Source: Rhynchobatus australiae
Taxonomy: Eukaryota
Reading direction: 5' to 3'
Length of the DNA: 64,000 bases
Assembly: GCA_034780895.1 (NCBI GenBank)
Contig: JAUZTB010000070.1
Coordinates: 13,896,455 to 13,960,454, forward strand
Below the pieces are notes generated by a model. The model ran no database searches. It was not told the origin of the DNA and was given only the letters and a program-made list of their open reading frames with translations. Both the position numbers and the translations under genes were made by a program. The stretch's first letter is position 1. The number at the start of each line of letters is the position of its first letter. Shown here one piece after another: positions 62,501-64,000 of the stretch.

Positions 62501-63389
62501 TTGTTTATTAACTTTACTGCTTTTAATTGTACTAATGCTATTATGGTGTAGAGATCAACGGATACGTTAAAAATACTATCTCTCTTACTCAGTCAGTGAG
62601 ACTAGTGGGAGGGGATCCTGATAATTTCTGCGTCATGTTCAGCTGTTTCACCTGTAGAGTCAACCCTTCCCCCTCAGTACAATGGGAGCAGACGTACCAT
62701 CTGAGGCTCAGTCTCAGGAAGGGTGTAGTGACTACGCACACACATGCACGTCTCTGTGAATTATGAGAATTTGCTCCAAGCACTGTAGAAACTGAGATCA
62801 GTGAGCACTCTCTCTGTCATTTGCATGCCCACCTTTGTTTATAAAGCATGGTCAGTGAGAACAGATCAGGGATTCTCCAGTGCAGACCGAGGCTGGACAC
62901 AGAAGATTCCATGGGATTATTTGAGGAAAGCCAAGGAAGTTTTCCCCAGTGTCTTGGCCCAAGTTTCATGAACCAGTCGTAACATGAAACCAAATTACCC
63001 TGTCATTTTCCATTTGTGGGATCTTGCTGTGTGCAAATCAGCAGTGAGTCCACTTCATTAGTTGTTTGGGACTGTCTCAGCTTATGAACTGCAGTGTAAA
63101 ATGAAAGCCTGTCTGTTTGTCATGTGGATACATGTGGGAGAGGGGAGCAGGCAGAGAATGACAGGGCTGAGAACTGTTTGTACATCTCAGCTACACTTAG
63201 ACAGGAAGAGCCTGTGTTGTCACAGATGTAGCCACAAGCTGTCGAAGTTACAAAGGAGGGCGAGAGGCAGAAATATGAGGCACATGAGGGCCAGCTTATT
63301 GGGTCTCTCAGATCCTAGTTCCTCCCACATGGCTCCACATGAGACCTCTGCCCTTGTCATCTCATCCCAAGGAGCCAACACGCTTCTGG

Positions 63390-63950
63390 AGAAGGGAGTG
63401 GGTATTAATGATCACCACTTTGCAGAGCACCTACATTCATTCCAGAAGGGGGATCCTAAGCTTCCTGTCCTTTTAGTTCTCCATCCTACTCCCAATCTGC
63501 CTTTGCTCTTGTGCATTGCTCCAACAAAGCTCAACAGCAGCTTGGAGGATGGGATCTTGTTTTCTGACAAGGCATGGTGCAGCCTTCAGCGATGAATTCA
63601 ACAGTATCAGATAAAGAGCCATTCCAGTTTATGCTAGAGTTAGCCATTTCTGTAAAATATTATTAAATTGTAACATGAATTCAGCTTTCCTCTCTCCACA
63701 GATGCTGCCTGACTTGCTGTATATATGGAACAAGCTGCCAGAAGAAGTTGTAGAAACGGGTACCATTACAACATTTAGAAGACGTACAGATAGGTACATG
63801 GAGGAAGGTTTTAGAGGGATATGGGCCAAACGCGGCCAAGTAGGACTAGCTCAGGGAGGCATCTTGGCTGGTTGGCATGGGCGAGTCTGTTTCCGTGCTT
63901 TTCCAGCAGTGTGTTTGTTTCAGGTTTCCTGCATCTGTAGTGTTTGTCAT
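63390..63950 (+). mobile_element. Penelope-like GIY-YIG/terminal-repeat fragment interrupted by a CR1 3' end (63720-63900)
   Basis: DHHFAEHLHSFQKGDPKLPV and HCSNKAQQQL. The terminal repeat ctctccacagatgctgcctgacttgctg resumes as ttccagcag..ttcaggtttcctgcatctgtag after the CR1 insert. Confidence 0.75.
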
Positions 63951-64000
63951 CTAGATTTTCTCTCTAGTTCCAGAATTGTATTAGTCTTTCTCTCTCCTCC

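Noticed and set aside
63062-63595. 177-aa ORF as a gene
   Set aside because: Chance read-through across SINE tail, unique DNA and a Penelope GIY-YIG remnant; no splice or homology support.

Overview
Vertebrate nuclear DNA, most likely from a cartilaginous fish (shark or ray). The basis is the repeat landscape: HE1/V-type and Deu-type SINEs, CR1, L2 and Rex/Babar LINEs, Penelope-like relics and an elasmobranch-type ~58-65 bp satellite. The window has nine N-gaps. One protein-coding gene is well supported: an MFSD14/HIAT1-family major facilitator transporter on the + strand. Eleven coding exons (exons 2-12, 1009-19411) are all bounded by GT-AG introns and splice in frame to 465 aa; exon 1 lies upstream of the window. 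The protein mixes MFSD14A-type and MFSD14B-type residues and looks like the HIAT1-like (mfsd14a2/hiat1b-type) paralogue. A long TE-free 3' UTR-like tract follows. The remaining ~40 kb is intergenic and rich in decayed, often nested mobile elements. The most notable non-genic pattern is a dispersed family of Penelope-derived palindromes carrying degenerate minimal hammerhead ribozyme cores. There is also an orphan CCAAT/GC/RFX promoter-like cluster near 58.55 kb. I found no convincing wholly new biological system. Exon coordinates were checked base by base; repeat boundaries are approximate and family names come from recalled consensus sequences, not a search.
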